DNA of 34,714 nucleotides from Stramenopiles sp. TOSAG23-2. Lineage: Eukaryota. Below, piece after piece: positions 20,101 to 34,290 of the stretch. The DNA lies in NCBI GenBank assembly GCA_900128395.1, contig LT649348.1, positions 1 through 34,714 of the forward strand, in the 5' to 3' direction. Below the pieces are notes generated by a model. It saw only the letters and a list, made by a program, of their open reading frames with translations, ran no database searches and had not been told where the DNA came from. The translations under genes were made by a program, and so were the position numbers. Position 1 is the stretch's first letter, and each line of letters begins with the position of its first letter.

Positions 20101-23100
20101 ACCTCGGGAATACCCTTGACTATTTTAAATTGCCATCAACACACGGAAACGGCTGATATGGTAGGTGGATTGAGGCCAGTCAGAAATAAAGAAAGTATAT
20201 TTCAAACAATAACGGATCGTGTAAAGCAAATAATTAACATGATTCCTGACAGACATATAAGAGCGAGTAACGTGTCAAAGCAAAAGTGTATATCTTCAAT
20301 TTTAGCAAATCGTGATATTAAGTCTATGGTAGAAGAATGTCAAGAAATTATTGCGCAAGTAAGAAAAAATAATGAAGAGCACGCTGCAACTATAGGCATA
20401 GATGTTGAAGGTCATTTTCAAGCAATAAGAGAATTACAAAAAAAATATTTAGCGTTATTTGAATGGCAAGATGGCCCGTTGGTAAATTCGATGAAATCTG
20501 GGGAATATTTATTGCTTGATGAGCTATCTCTGGCCGAAGATGCAGTTTTGGAGCGATTGAATAGTGTTTTAGAGCCGTCGCGCACAATAGTTTTAGCTGA
20601 AAAAGGTGGAGACAATGATGCAGTAGAAATTGTAGCAACGGAAAATTTTAGGGTATTTGCAACGATGAATCCAGGTGGAGATTTTGGAAAGAAAGAACTA
20701 TCGCCTGCTTTGCGAAATCGATTTACTGAACTTTGGGTACCGGACATTGATAATCAGGATGATCTAAAAAGTATAATTGAAAAACAGTTATCACCATTTA
20801 GCAATTTAATTAAAAAATTTGCATCTCCCCTGCTAGCATTTGTCAATTGGTTTAATAATGGTGCGGGAGAGGATAACCAGCACAGTCTTGCCTCTCGTTG
20901 CTTGAAATTAACACTTCGAGATATTCTTTCATGGGCAAGTTTCATTGGAACAACTAATGATAAAGTGGGTCTGGAGCCTTGGTTATGTTATGTTCATGGT
21001 GCATCCCTAGTCTTGTTGGATGGATTGGGTCTTGGCGCTGGTTTATCTACTACTGCTGTACAAGCCATTCAAAGTAGATCGTATCAGTTTTTAATGAATC
21101 AAGTACCTAAAGAGAAAATAGATTCTTTAAACGGGTTTGAATTTGGGGAGCTTTTAGTGCATCCACCTTCTGTAGATGATACTGGAAAGGCTATGAGCGT
21201 CGGTCCATTTAAAATTCCGTTAGGGCCTCATATGAAAACTGATTTAGCCTCCAGCTCTTTGAATTATTCATTAACAGCACCAACAACAGGGTTAAATCTT
21301 TCTAGAGTTATGCGAGCACTGCAATTAAACAAACCTATTTTATTGGAGGGTAGTCCAGGTGTGGGCAAAACTAGCTTAATATCAGCATTGGCAAAAGCTT
21401 CAGGCCATAACTTGGTACGCATTAATTTATCTGAGCAATCAGATATATCAGATTTGCTTGGTTCAGATTTACCAGTGCCAAATTCTGATGGAGGTGAAGA
21501 TGCTCAATTTGCTTGGTGTGACGGGGTATTTCTTCAAGCATTGCAAGCTGGTGATTGGGTGTTATTAGACGAGTTAAATTTGGCACCGCAAGCCGTTCTA
21601 GAAGGGTTAAATGCGTGTCTAGATCATCGATCTACCGTTTATATTCCAGAAATCGATCGTTCGTTCCCATGTCCTCCATCCTTTCGAGTATTTGCTGCAC
21701 AAAATCCACTACAGGAAGGTGGTGGAAGAAAAGGTCTTCCACGTTCATTTTTAAATCGATTTACAAAAGTCTACGTAGAACCTTTAACGCACGATGATTT
21801 ATTCTATATTACATCTTCCATGTTTCCACAGTTTGTTGATGGAGAAAACATGCACAATAGCGATAAAACTGGAGACAATATGGTTTCAAAAATGATTAAA
21901 TTCAACACTCAGATTCAAGAAGATACAATGGTCAATAAAATTTATGGTAGACAAGGTTCTCCATGGGAATTCAATTTAAGAGACATATTCCGCTGGTGTG
22001 AAGTGATGCAAAATAGACAAGCTGGCAACTTTGATCCATCAAAATTTATCGATATGATTTATTTACAGCGTATGAGGTCTACAGATGATTTTGAACATGT
22101 GTTAAACCGATTTAAAGATATATTTGGTTACGAGGTTCAAACTAAAATGTTCCCAAAGTATTATTTAACTCCATCATATCTTCAAATAGGGTCGTCTTTT
22201 TTAAAACGATCTGCTAATTGTGTCAAGGAGAACAATATTCCATATCCACGTGGACTTGGTAGACAAATGGAGCATATTATGGCGTGTATTGAAATGTCTT
22301 GGCCTTCGCTATTAGTTGGTCCTGCTGGATCTGGAAAAACTAGTTCTGTTAGATGGCTGGCTAATATGACTGGTAATACTCTACGAGAAATTGTTTTAAG
22401 TAATTCAACAGATGCAACAGAACTTTTAGGTTGTTACGAGCAAATGAATAAAAAGCAAAAACGTCAAAAATATATTGAAAACCTGATAGATTTTGTAGAA
22501 AATTTCATATCCGTAATGGTACTGAATGATGGCAAATTAGTTCTCAATGGAGAATTGATACAATCGAAATTACAATTATTAAAATTGAAATTTTCGCCCG
22601 AAACGAAAGGAGTTGCAAAACATATTTTAAAAACAATCCGAAAAATTTATGCAAGCTACATGACACTTGAAGTTGATAAGGATGAATTTGATGTCCAGCT
22701 TAATTATTTTTTCTCCGGGATATCTCACCTGAAAAGCGATAAAGATTCCAAAATGGTTGGTAGGTTCGAATGGATCGATGGTGCATTGGTAAAAGCTGTT
22801 GAAAAAGGAGAATGGTTGTTGTTGGACAATGTAAATTTTTGCAATGCAAATGTATTAGATCGCTTAAATTCTTTGTTTGAACCAGGTGGCAAGCTTTTAA
22901 TTAGTGAATGTGGGTTAAAAGATGGAAAAGCAAGAATTGTATCTCCTCATAAAAATTTTAGAGCTTTTTTAATAATGAATCCTTTGCACGGGGAAATTTC
23001 AAGAGCTATGAGAAATAGGTGCATTGAAATATGTTTCACAGGTACCGCAACTGGAGAAGATTTATTGGATATATCTAGAACCAACGGTGTGATGAATCTA

Positions 23101-26100
23101 TCGTCCGCGATGACGTTACGAAATGTCCATGAAAAATTAAATTCGTCTAAGAAAAGTCGCTTAACACAGGCCAACCCAAGAGACTTTTCACTTTTTTCGA
23201 AAGTTGTTTCTTCGCAAATATCTCATGGCTCCGACATAAAAGAAGCTTTGCAGCGTGGGATTCTGCAAGTTTATTCTTCATATAAAATTAATTGGGATGA
23301 TTTACAAGATAGTTTGAAATTACAGCGACTTGAATCCAGCTACCCTAGCATTTATCCGGCATATTTGCAAATTATAGAAGGTTTTGACACAATCCCATAT
23401 ACCTATCAACGGGATGCTGCTTATTTTACATATTTAGTTCAAACGCAAAATGAAAATAAACTGGCAATAAATTCTATGTTTCTAAATTGTTCAAATGAAG
23501 GGAGTGATTGTCTGACAGTGAACATTTCAGAAGACTTTATTCGTGAAGCTTTAAAACATTTTATGTCATTTGGTTCTATCGTTGATTGGGAAGAAAGGTT
23601 ATCTTGGTTGTCATCGTATGTAAAAAATACTAATAATATAGTTGAAACGGCATGGTTGAATGATATAATAGTAGAAGTTGGGAAAACTGTATTGCAATCT
23701 AAATTATATCGTGCAATTATTTCCACAACTAATGAACTATTGGAAGGAATAAAATTATCATTTTTGTCTAATGTTGATGATGATCATGTATACAATTTGA
23801 TTCATCTCTTGTACAATCATGTCCCATTTTTACAAAATAATGACGAATTATGCGCAAGAGTCTCCGCAGTTATTCAACGTTTACAAAATTCTACTGCCAT
23901 ATCTCTATGGCATAAGCTTTTGGTGCTTACAAAAAACTTTAAATTATATTACACTAATGTAGTGTCGATGGTTTGGAATTCTAAATTAATTATTGGTATC
24001 AAAAAGCATTTGAAAACTAGCTTTCAACATATTAGGACGTCTCTATCGATATTTGATAAAATAAATGAGTTTGTAAGTATTACGATAAATGCTGAGTGGT
24101 ATGAAGAAGAATTTGCTGTCAGCTTAAATGAAATGTTGGTTAAACGTGATGCATTCCTAAATACTTTGTATTTAAAACGTACAAATGGAGTTGCAATGAT
24201 AGATAATGAAACTTTTTTCTGCCTTTCCTCTCTACGAGATAGCATTGTTAACAAGCTGGATGATGCTGTGCAACACATGACGATACCGAATACTATAAAA
24301 AGGGGTAAAGATCATCTTCAAGATCATACAGCAATTGTTTATAAACTTGTAGTTGAATATATTAGTGGAATGAAGGGGAATAATATTTTAGGTCGTAGTT
24401 TATTGTGGGAACAAGACGGGTGTCCAGTAGTTCCATCAACTGAGAAATTACACTTAGCAATCAAAAATTTACGAATGTGTGATTGGAGAAATATACAAGA
24501 TGGCACTTTAAGGCTCGATAACTTATTGGACGCTTCCCAAAATATCATTGTTGATTCATTCAAGCTAAAGAAAAATATTTTAGACGCTTTATGCACTTTA
24601 GAATGGGCTAGTAAAAATAGTAACACCCAAGCGGTTGATGTGGATACTATCATTGCTGTCATAAATGCTGAAAGAGATAAACTTACAACTGATTATGAAA
24701 AGGAGGTGGAAAACTTTTGCTCAAATGATGATACCGATGATGACGTAAAGTGGATTTTACAAATTGGAAATTCTCATCAGCGAACGGTGTCAAATGCATG
24801 GATAACAATAAGATCGTGGAATGTTGTAGATCGATATTATTTATTAGAAGAACGCGATATTATTTATAGCTTATTCAGTCTGAAAAAGGAAGTATTGCAA
24901 ACCATGTCAAATGATTCAGGGAATGACAAGGCAATTCATGGAGAAATGAAAGATAGATTGGTGAATTTACGTTCTAAGATTAATTTTTTCTTAGAAAGAG
25001 TTATTGATATTTGTAGTTTCTCTCCCATGCATTTAAGTTCATATCAACATTTAGTTTGGTCATTACATGATGAGGCGAACTTTAAATACAAAACAATATA
25101 TACAATGTTAAAACAGATTCTCTCAAATGTACTTTTTCACCATCATAAAGCTTTATGGAATCCGGTTACAATAGATTCACAAAATGAAAGCACGCTATCA
25201 CTTCCACTGAAATATCAGGTAGGTGATTCACAAGGACAACTTTTTGACAATAATGTTGCGACGAGAAGTTTATCTGGGCCTGATCGTTTAAAAATCAGTG
25301 CGGTAAGCTATTATCTAAATGAAAGTTTATCAATGTTTGGGTTACAGGAAGCAAAAATTTTAGACGTAAATCCAAAAAGGAATTATTTTGCACAAATTTT
25401 GCGATGGGTATCTCAAAATAAAAAATTAAATGTAGCAAATGAACTGGAGATGCAATGGACACTGTTCGTTTTAACTCTTTCGAATTTCATATCATCAAAT
25501 AACGACTACGAGCGATTTCTGTCAATCAAAAGAAATTCATCAAGTTTAGTTTTGATTGAAACTTTTGTAAAATCTTGCGAAGATATACGAATCAAAAATA
25601 CGTTTACGCAACAACTTATATCAGCAATACTACAGCTTTTATGTAAAGATGATAATTTCAACAAAGGTTTAGTAGAAACTGATACAGTCATAGCTAAATC
25701 AAGTGTTTTTATTGGCCTTTTACGTTTTCACTTGATGTTGCCGAGTTCTCCATTAGATCCATCCGAAGAAATATTATACAAAATTAACGCAAATAATAGT
25801 CGTATGGAGAAAATAAAACAGGAGATAACAGTAATAGTTGCTCACAGAAAGATATGGAATGGATGTGATGTAAATAATATTGACAAAATTGAAGAGTTGA
25901 AGATATTACATTTAGAATTAGTATCGCTTAAAGAGAAAACGTTGGAATTGAAAAAAAATATTGTTCATAGACCTGGTGGTAAGCAAGCCTTTGCGTCTCT
26001 TTATCGCGAGCTATACAATGGTGCAAATACTGTTTTTGGTGAAACTAAGATCATGCAGATTATAAACAGCATTGAAGAAAACACTGTGCATAAACACTCG

Positions 26101-29100
26101 ATCGAGGAAACGTGGCAATCTAGTACTTGTCAATTTATTCATGGTGTAACGAAAAGTTATTATGGCTACGAAGATGTGATAACTCCAATTTTATCCTGTG
26201 TTTATCAGATCAAGCAAGGTGTTCGCTTATTATTGTTGAATTCGAAGACACGTGCATCAAAACTTTCGGAGAATATGGAATTAAATGCTTTATTTAATAA
26301 TTTCCTAGCTTTGCCAAGTAGCAGAAATTTGTCTTCTTACAAGTCAATTTTGGATTCTTTACCTGACAAAATTAAAATTCTAGTGTTACATGCTGTGTTA
26401 AATTATCAAATGATAGCCCGATTCAAGGAAAACAGTCCAAATGTTCTAAAAGAATTTGATGACGTATTTCTAGAATATGTTTATATTTGGCAAAGAGCAT
26501 CAGCAGAGAGGGAGAAGCAGGAAATGGAAGATTCAAGCATTTATAAATTTGAAGATAAAGAATTTGATGAAACAGTTGTAGATGAAGAAGGATTCCAAGC
26601 ATTTTTCCCTAAGACTTTGTTTGCTGATAGTAAAATTGAAGAAGAAGAGGGAGAGGAGGAAGAAACGAATGACAAAGAAAAGAAAACAACAGAATTAAAA
26701 ACTAAAATTACTGATCTTTCAGAAGATGATCTTTATTTCATTGTGAAAAAATACAGTAAAATATACAATGATGATTCAGAAACGTTTTCATATGCCGTTG
26801 ATGCTCAATCTGAGAGTGTAGTATTATGTGGAACTGCTGCTATGGGAATGTCAAAAGAAATGAATATAAGATTTGAAGATGCAGCAAATACAATTCCCCT
26901 TGGTAATTTATGTTACATGGCTCTTCAAGTTAATAATTTAGAAGGTGGGTCTAGTGATAGTGAGATTGGATCGTCAAATATTAGTGCGATAAATGGAAAC
27001 GAAGATATATCATTTCAATCATTTCATTTTGGTTACAATGCAGCAGAAGCATCAACCGCTATACCTGTGGTCAATAATTTATTGCATAAAGTCCATAATC
27101 TTCTACAGCGTTGGCCTGGAAATCATATATTGTTTGAAATAGTTCGGGCTGGAGATCATATTTTAAGAATGTCGTCAAAAAGCTCATTATATCAAATATT
27201 GGTGAATATCGAAAATCTATCGAGAAAATCACAGGCATGGGAGCAAGTTTCCAGTAGAGAATTCAGCATTGCTACAGAATTAAAATCAATATCCAAATTA
27301 ATTATCAAATGGCGCAAATTAGAGCTAAAATCTTGGCCTAGTCTATTGAAATACCAGGAAGACTGTATTGAAAAATCTGCGTCAAAATGGTGGTTGAGAT
27401 TGTACAGCGCAATTGCAAAGCATGCTACATTTGCAGGAGAGGCGTCAACGACTTGGATAAATGGAAAATCTGTACAGGATAAGAGTGCAGAAAATACTGG
27501 CTTGAAAGAATTGTACGATGTACTCGACACATTTATACGTACATCAAATGTTGGGGAATATAAAATACGATTAAATTTTCTCAAAATGTTTAGCAATCAA
27601 TGCTTAACGCAAGCAAACTTTGAGGGTAAAGCTGGTTACAAGCGAGTAGGTCGCTTTTTAGAACATGTATACCGATACCATTTGCAGCACCAGCTGTTGA
27701 TTGATGATACGCATAGACAGATTAAATCGCCAGTAGAAAAAAAATTAACAGACCATTTAAAGTTAAGCAAATGGGATGATCAGACCTATTATTCTTTAAA
27801 AGAATCTTCAGAAAAATCCCATCGAATTTTATATCGTATAGTAAAAGAATATAAAAATAGACTTTTAATGCCAATTGACCAACTTATTGATGTAAATGTG
27901 AATTCAAACGGTGGTGCTGGTGGTTCCGAGAATCTTCAAGATGTCAATGTGTACTTGAAGAAAGATAATCACAGTTCGTCCTCTATTTACAATTCTTTAG
28001 TGACATGTATTAATAATAACGCTTTTTTGGCAACAAAGAATAATGATCTTGCCAATATAAATAGCAAATATGCTGGTAAATTGACACAATTTGCGGCAAA
28101 GATGAAAAAAAATAATTCTTCTATTATGGATACGATTGTAGTATCTGCGGCAGACGTATTTGCTACCAATGTGATTGAGCGTACAATTGCTCTTGCAAAT
28201 GGGGGAAAAGAAATTACAAAAGTTACAAAAAAACGTGCGTTTGTTGGACTACTCAAAACATTGAAAGAACATGGTATTTCCAATTCTCTTGCAACCTTGC
28301 CAAAAGAGTTATCTGACAATGTATCCATTTTTGAGTTAAACATTATGCCAAAATGTTTAAAATCTGGTCATGTTATGAAAAGGGCTGACGATTATTATTA
28401 TCGCAATATGCAACAGCTGCAACGATTACGTATGTCAGCGCAAGCATCGTCTCCTCATCCTGATATCAGCAATTTGGAAGTCAAATTAATGCATGGATAT
28501 TCTGAAAATTTAATGTTAATATTAATTCAGCAGCGGGAAACGATCTTCTCTTGTACAAGGACTTTGCAACACTTTCAAAATTGTTACCAATTATTGAATT
28601 CGATCCACAAAAGTTCAAGTTATACCTCGCACGAATTGTTTCTGGAAATTCTTGATAAATTTTGCCAATCTTGCAGAGACATTGAAATACAATTAAATGA
28701 CTTGGTACTTTTTATACGTGAAGTAGATCGTGCTTGCAAATATGATAAAACTCAAAGTGTAACCCAACACGTTGAATCTAGTATAAGACACTTAAAAAAA
28801 GTACATGATCACTGTCAATCAAATATATTATCTTATGAGAATAGGACAAGTGGAACAAAGTATAAAGTTGTTCTTGAACCAGAAAATTTGCAAACATATT
28901 TATGCAATGAAATGGATACACTCACAGGACAATTTAAACAAGTAATATCAAACACCAAAATAGAGCAACATGTTGCAAATGAACAATTTCAAGTTATTTT
29001 AAACACCTTTGATGCAACTTTAGATATTCTTAGGCAAATTAAAGGTTTTAATGTCAAAGATGTATTAGCAAGTACAAATGGTAGCAAAGGTACTGCACAA

Positions 29101-32100
29101 TTTACATCACTGTTAGATGAATTTGTCAAGGAATGTTTGATAAGCTCTCAAAAAGTAACTCGTTTACAAGTTGGTGATGAATCAAAAGATGGCAATAAGA
29201 AGATGGTAACAGATGATATTGTTGAAAACATTTTATTAGGTGCATCACATAGAACAGTTAAATACACAATGAAAGCATTATCGATGGACCGCGTATTGGA
29301 TAAATTTGAAAAATTGTTACAATCATATGCGGATCCAGCAAAATCATCATCTATATTGGAAGGTTTTGGAAAGTTCGTTTCAAATGTAGAAGACTCTTTT
29401 TTAAAGTCGATCAACCGTTCGATTGCAACTAATAAAGGCTTTTCAAAGTTAATGTATGTCTTACTACGTTTATTTCGTGTCCTATCAGCTAAAGGATATT
29501 GTCAACCTGATATTGATGAAGATGGTGAAGCAGAAGATGAAGGTGGTGATGGAGAAGGAACTGGTATGGCCGATGGTAGCGGTAAGAAAGATGTTAGTGA
29601 TGAAATTGAAGATGAAGAACAGGTACTTGGATTGCAAGACGATGAGCAAAATGAGCAACAAAAAGATAATGAGGAGCAAAAAGCTGATGATGGATTAGAA
29701 ATGACCACGGATTTTGAAGGGCAGCTAGAAGATATTAACGATGACAATAAAGAAGAAGAAGAGGATGAAAATGAAGATGATGAAGACGAAGAAGAGGTGG
29801 ATAGAGAAATGGGTGATATAGACGAAGAGGATGAAAATGTCGTTGATGAGAAAATGTGGGACAATGAGGAGGATGAGGATGAAGATATGGAGGATGATAA
29901 ATTTGAGAAGGATTCTAAAATGCAAGATGATGGAGAAGATGAAATGAGAACAAAAGATGATGATGATGAGGATGATGAAAAAGAAGATAACAATGATCCA
30001 AATAACGACAAAAATGAGAAACAGCAACAACCAGTAGAGGAAGAAGAGGATGAATCAAAAGATGATGGAGATAAAGATGATTTGAAAGAACAAGTAAATG
30101 AGGAACAAGAGGAAGAATCACACGGATTGCCGATTGAAAATGAGGAGGAAGAACAGGAGGAAAACGAAGATGATTTAGATCTACCTGAAGAAATGCAACT
30201 AGATGGAGATGATTCCGATGGTGGTGAATCTGTGGAAGAGAAAGACGATGAGGATGATTCTGAAAAACCAGATGAAAAAGATGTAGTTGGAGAAGAAGAA
30301 GAGGAAGAGAACTCGAAAGATGGTGTAAGTGGTCAGAATGAAGAAGAGGAGGATCCAAAAAATAAAAAAGAAGAAGAGGATGAAAAAGATTCAAAAGAAG
30401 AAGATACCAAAAACCAGATGCAAAACCCTATGAAAAATGAAAATAATATGGATGAAAATGATGAGGAGCAGAAAAAAGATGAACGTGATGGAGGTGCAAC
30501 AAATTCAAGTGCTGATAATTCCTCTGGTGCAAATGGGGGTGAGTGGCAGGTTGCACCAAATCAAAGTCCAGACGAACATCCAGGTAGTGATAAAAATGAA
30601 GACATGAATAGGCAAAATGAAAAAAATAATTTAAATCCATATCGTAATCCTGGTGATGCATCAAAAGAATGGCATAGACGTTTGGATATGGTTGAGGAAG
30701 ATGTGAAAAAAGATGAAAATGAAAAAAATAAGGATAGCAACAAAGACAATGGTGCTCCAGGTCAGAATCAACAATTTGCATTTGATCAAGAGAAAGATAA
30801 ACGTGGAAATGATGGAGATCAAGTGTTAGCTCCTAAAGAAAATGATAATGAAGAGGTTGTCAGTAAGGATATGGAAATAGTTGATTCTGATGGTGAAGAT
30901 GATGATAATAATAAAACTGCTAATGAAGTTGATGTAAATAATTTGCGTGATGATGAAGATATCGATATGAAAGATAATACAACAGATAATACTAATACAA
31001 ATATGCCAGTAGAAGCTGACAATGAGAACAAGGAGGAGGAAGAAGAGGAAAGCAAAATGGACATTGTTGAAAATAATACGATATCCGATTTAGAAAATAT
31101 GAATGATGATGAACAAAAGGAGGATATGGACGATCAAAATGAAAGTGGAGGAGAAGAAGAAGAAAGTAACAATATGGACAACATTGAACATATAGATGAG
31201 AGTATGAAGCCGGGTACAATTATCAAAGATGGTCATGAAAAATTTGCTATGCTAACATCAATGACATCAGAGGCGTCATCAAGACTTTGTGAGCAATTAC
31301 GCCTAATCCTCGAACCAACACTAGCTACGAAATTAAAAGGCGATTATCGAACTGGAAAGCGTATCAATATGAGAAAAATTATTCCATATATTGCATCATC
31401 TTTTAAAAAAGATAAAATATGGCTTAGACGTAAAAAGCCAAGTAAGCGTGAATATCAAATTTTGTTGGTAATCGATGATTCCAAATCGATGGCATCAGCT
31501 GGAGATGTATCGAAAGCTAGTCCTGGTGAACTGGCTTGCGAATCTATGGTAACATTGGCAAATGCTTTGACAAGGTTAGAGGTGGGTGAATTAGGTATTT
31601 TATCATTTGGTTGTGATGAAACGAAAGTAGTACATGATTTAGGAACTCCTTTTTCTGCTGATGCAGGTGCAAGTGTTCTTGAAACGTTAACATTTGGTCA
31701 AGAGTCCTTAGGAGATGATACACAAAGTATGACAAAATGCGTAAAGCAAATCTTTAATTATTTTGTCGAAGCGCGGAAACACGGTGGATCGTCAACAAAT
31801 ATCAATCATTTGCAAATTGCATTTATCATTACAGAAGGTATTTTTCATGATGATGCTAGAAAACATGTGCCATATTGGATAAGACGTGCAACGGAACAAA
31901 ATCAATTGATTGTTATGATTATGATTGACAAAGAAGGTCAAGGTACAAAGAAAGGCATTGCATCGCTTAAGCGTGTGAAATATGTAAAAGGAAGGCCAAC
32001 GTTTGTCAGTTATTTAGATGATTATCCTTTTCCATATTATATTAATGTTGGAAATGTGGAAGAGGTTCCTGAAGTGATTGCAGATGCTTTAAGGCAATGG

Positions 32101-32121
32101 TTTCAATTGATAAATTCGTGA
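15253..32121 (+). CDS. MDN1: Midasin (Rea1), AAA+ ATPase for pre-60S maturation
   Basis: 5622 aa. Six Walker A motifs: GSPGSGKT (16534), GETGCGKT (17641), GPTSSGKT (19165), GNTGCGKT (20053), GSPGVGKT (21349), GPAGSGKT (22318), with Walker B LLDE-type motifs. Long linker, D/E-rich region (about 29510-31200), LCEQLRLILEPT..KLKGDYRTGKRINMRKIIPYIAS, vWA MIDAS DDSKS (31474), terminal YLDDYPFPYY..ALRQWF. The start codon is the first ATG and is not otherwise verified. Confidence 0.98.
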
Positions 32122-32336
32122 GGTTGGAGAAGAGGAGAGAGAAAGGACATATGTGTGTGAATTATACCTTCGTATATAAATAAGTTGTAAAAAATACAAA
32201 ACATATTTTTTTCCAAAAAACAATTTTCACTTTCAAGTACAAAAAATACCTAATCTGACCTATCAAATATATCAAACACTACAAATCTACTGAGTATATA
32301 AAAAGAACTATATTAAGTATAAATATGATAGGAAAT

Positions 32337-32700
32337 GAAAAACAGAAAACATGGCAGAAAAACACAATTTTTACGAGTAAAATGTTGAAAGAACTATCTC
32401 CATGCTAATTTTATAATGCTATTTCCATATATCAAAAAAAACTTCATAGGGACAATTATCATAAATATAGAAAATAACAAAAAATCTCCATACTATAGTT
32501 TTAAGTACTCTAACAAAAAGAAAAACAGAAAACATGGCAGAAAAACACAATTTTTACAAGTAAAATGTTGAAAGGCGCCTGTCCATGCTAATTTCTACAT
32601 GCTATTTCCATATATTAAAAAAACTTCATAGGGACAATTATCATTACTATAGAAAATAACAAAAAATCTCCATACTATAGTTTTAAGTACTCTAACAAAA
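32337..32700. repeat. Tandem doublet A, period about 183 bp
   Basis: gaaaaacagaaaacatggcagaaaaacacaattttt at 32337 and 32520; both copies end ...ttttaagtactctaacaaaa; scattered substitutions and small indels. Confidence 0.93.
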
Positions 32701-32777
32701 TTATGTAAATTAGACTACCAAATTTATACTACATTTCTATAACACCTCAAACACGAATATTTTTGCCAATTTTATTT

Positions 32778-33364
32778 TCATTTTTAAAAGTTCCGCCAAA
32801 GTGGGTACGAAAATTGAGAAATTTCATCAGATATATAAAATTTGCATTACGTCTCCAAACATCATTCCCAACATTTTAAAGTCATATAAACTACCAAATC
32901 CTTTCTTTATATATATAACTTGTATCTCTAAACTCCAACCAAAATAAATATTACATTTACATGAAACGCTAGACCCAAAATGACTTTTCACTAAAAAATG
33001 CACATTTTTTAACACTTTTATTAAGGTTTTACAAGCCTATCCCATAGTAAGGGTACTTTGACATGCAATCTATCATTTTTAAAAGTTCCGCCAAAGTGGG
33101 TACGAAAATGGAGAAATTTCATCAAATATATCAAAATTGCATTATGTCTCACAACATCATTCCCAACATTTTGAAGTCATATAAAGTTCCACATCCTTAC
33201 TTTATATATTTAACTTGTATCTCTAAACTCCAACCAAAATAAATATCATATTTACATGAAACGCTAGACCCAAAGTGAATTTTCACTAAAAAATGCACAT
33301 TTTTGGACACTTTTATTAAGGTTTTACAAGCCTATTTCATAGTAAGGGTACTTTGACATGCAAT
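32778..33364. repeat. Tandem doublet B, period 295 bp
   Basis: tcatttttaaaagttccgccaaagtgggtacgaaaa at 32778 and 33073; both end ...agtaagggtactttgacatgcaat. Confidence 0.93.
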
Positions 33365-34251
33365 TGAAACGTCGTTAGTAAAGTATGTTCCTGACACTCA
33401 GTTGTCATCAACTTACTCTTAAGTTTGGCTCTATACATGTAAAAATGAGAATCGAACCTACTTTTGTATTAATATTTTAATTGACTCGAGATATATTGTG
33501 TCAACTATACCCCATTTTACAATATATTTTAACATGCTTGAAAAAGGCCTAGAATTCCAAATCGATTTTCATCCACAACAATTTTAACGGGGGCTAGAAA
33601 TCTTCATTGTGAACATGAAACATAAAAAATTTTTACAAAATATCATAGTTTCTATATCGTAGGTGATATATTTAACTTTTCTCCGAGAGAACATGCAATT
33701 GAAACGTCGTTAGTAAAGTATGTTCCTGACACTCAGTTGTCATCAACTTACTCTTAAGTTTGGCTCTATACATGTATAAATGAGAATCGAACCTACTTTT
33801 GTATTAATATTTTAATTGACTAGAGATATATAGTGTTTACTATACCCCATTTTGCAATGTATTTGAACATGCCTGAAAAAGGCCTAGAATTCCAGATCGA
33901 TTTTACATGACATCAATTCTAAATGAAGCTAGAAATCTTCATTGTAAACATGCAACATAAAAAATTTTGATAAAATGTCGTAGTTTCTATATGGTAGGTG
34001 ATATATTTAACTTTTCTCCGAGAGTTTACATGTATAATTATGTTTTTAAATTTTGCATGACATTCTCATGTGCCTGAAAAAGGCCTAGAATTCCAAATCG
34101 ATTTTCATTCACATAAATTCTAAATGGACCTAGAAATCTTCATTTTAAATATGCAACATAAAAAATTTTGATAAAATATCGTAGTTTCTATATGATAGGT
34201 GATATATTTAACTTTTCTCCGAGAGTTTATGTGTATAATTATGTTTTTAAA
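33356..34251. repeat. Tandem doublet C (period 335 bp) with a further re-duplication of its 3' part (period 201 bp)
   Basis: acatgcaattgaaacgtcgttagtaaagtatgttcctgacac at 33356 and 33691. The sub-block gaaaaaggcctagaattcca...aacttttctccgagag occurs three times; 33870-34050 is repeated at 34071-34251. Confidence 0.92.
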
Positions 34252-34290
34252 GAAAAGTGCTGAAAAAAAAATTTTAATCGCATGTTAGCA

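Noticed and set aside
29456-31219. Many antisense and alternate-frame ORFs rich in S/F/L/H
   Set aside because: They are shadows of the D/E-rich midasin region. The same applies to the short ORFs overlapping the other long genes.
32827-33015. 62-aa minus-strand ORF
   Set aside because: It lies within repeat B, has a non-ATG start and shows no recognisable motif.
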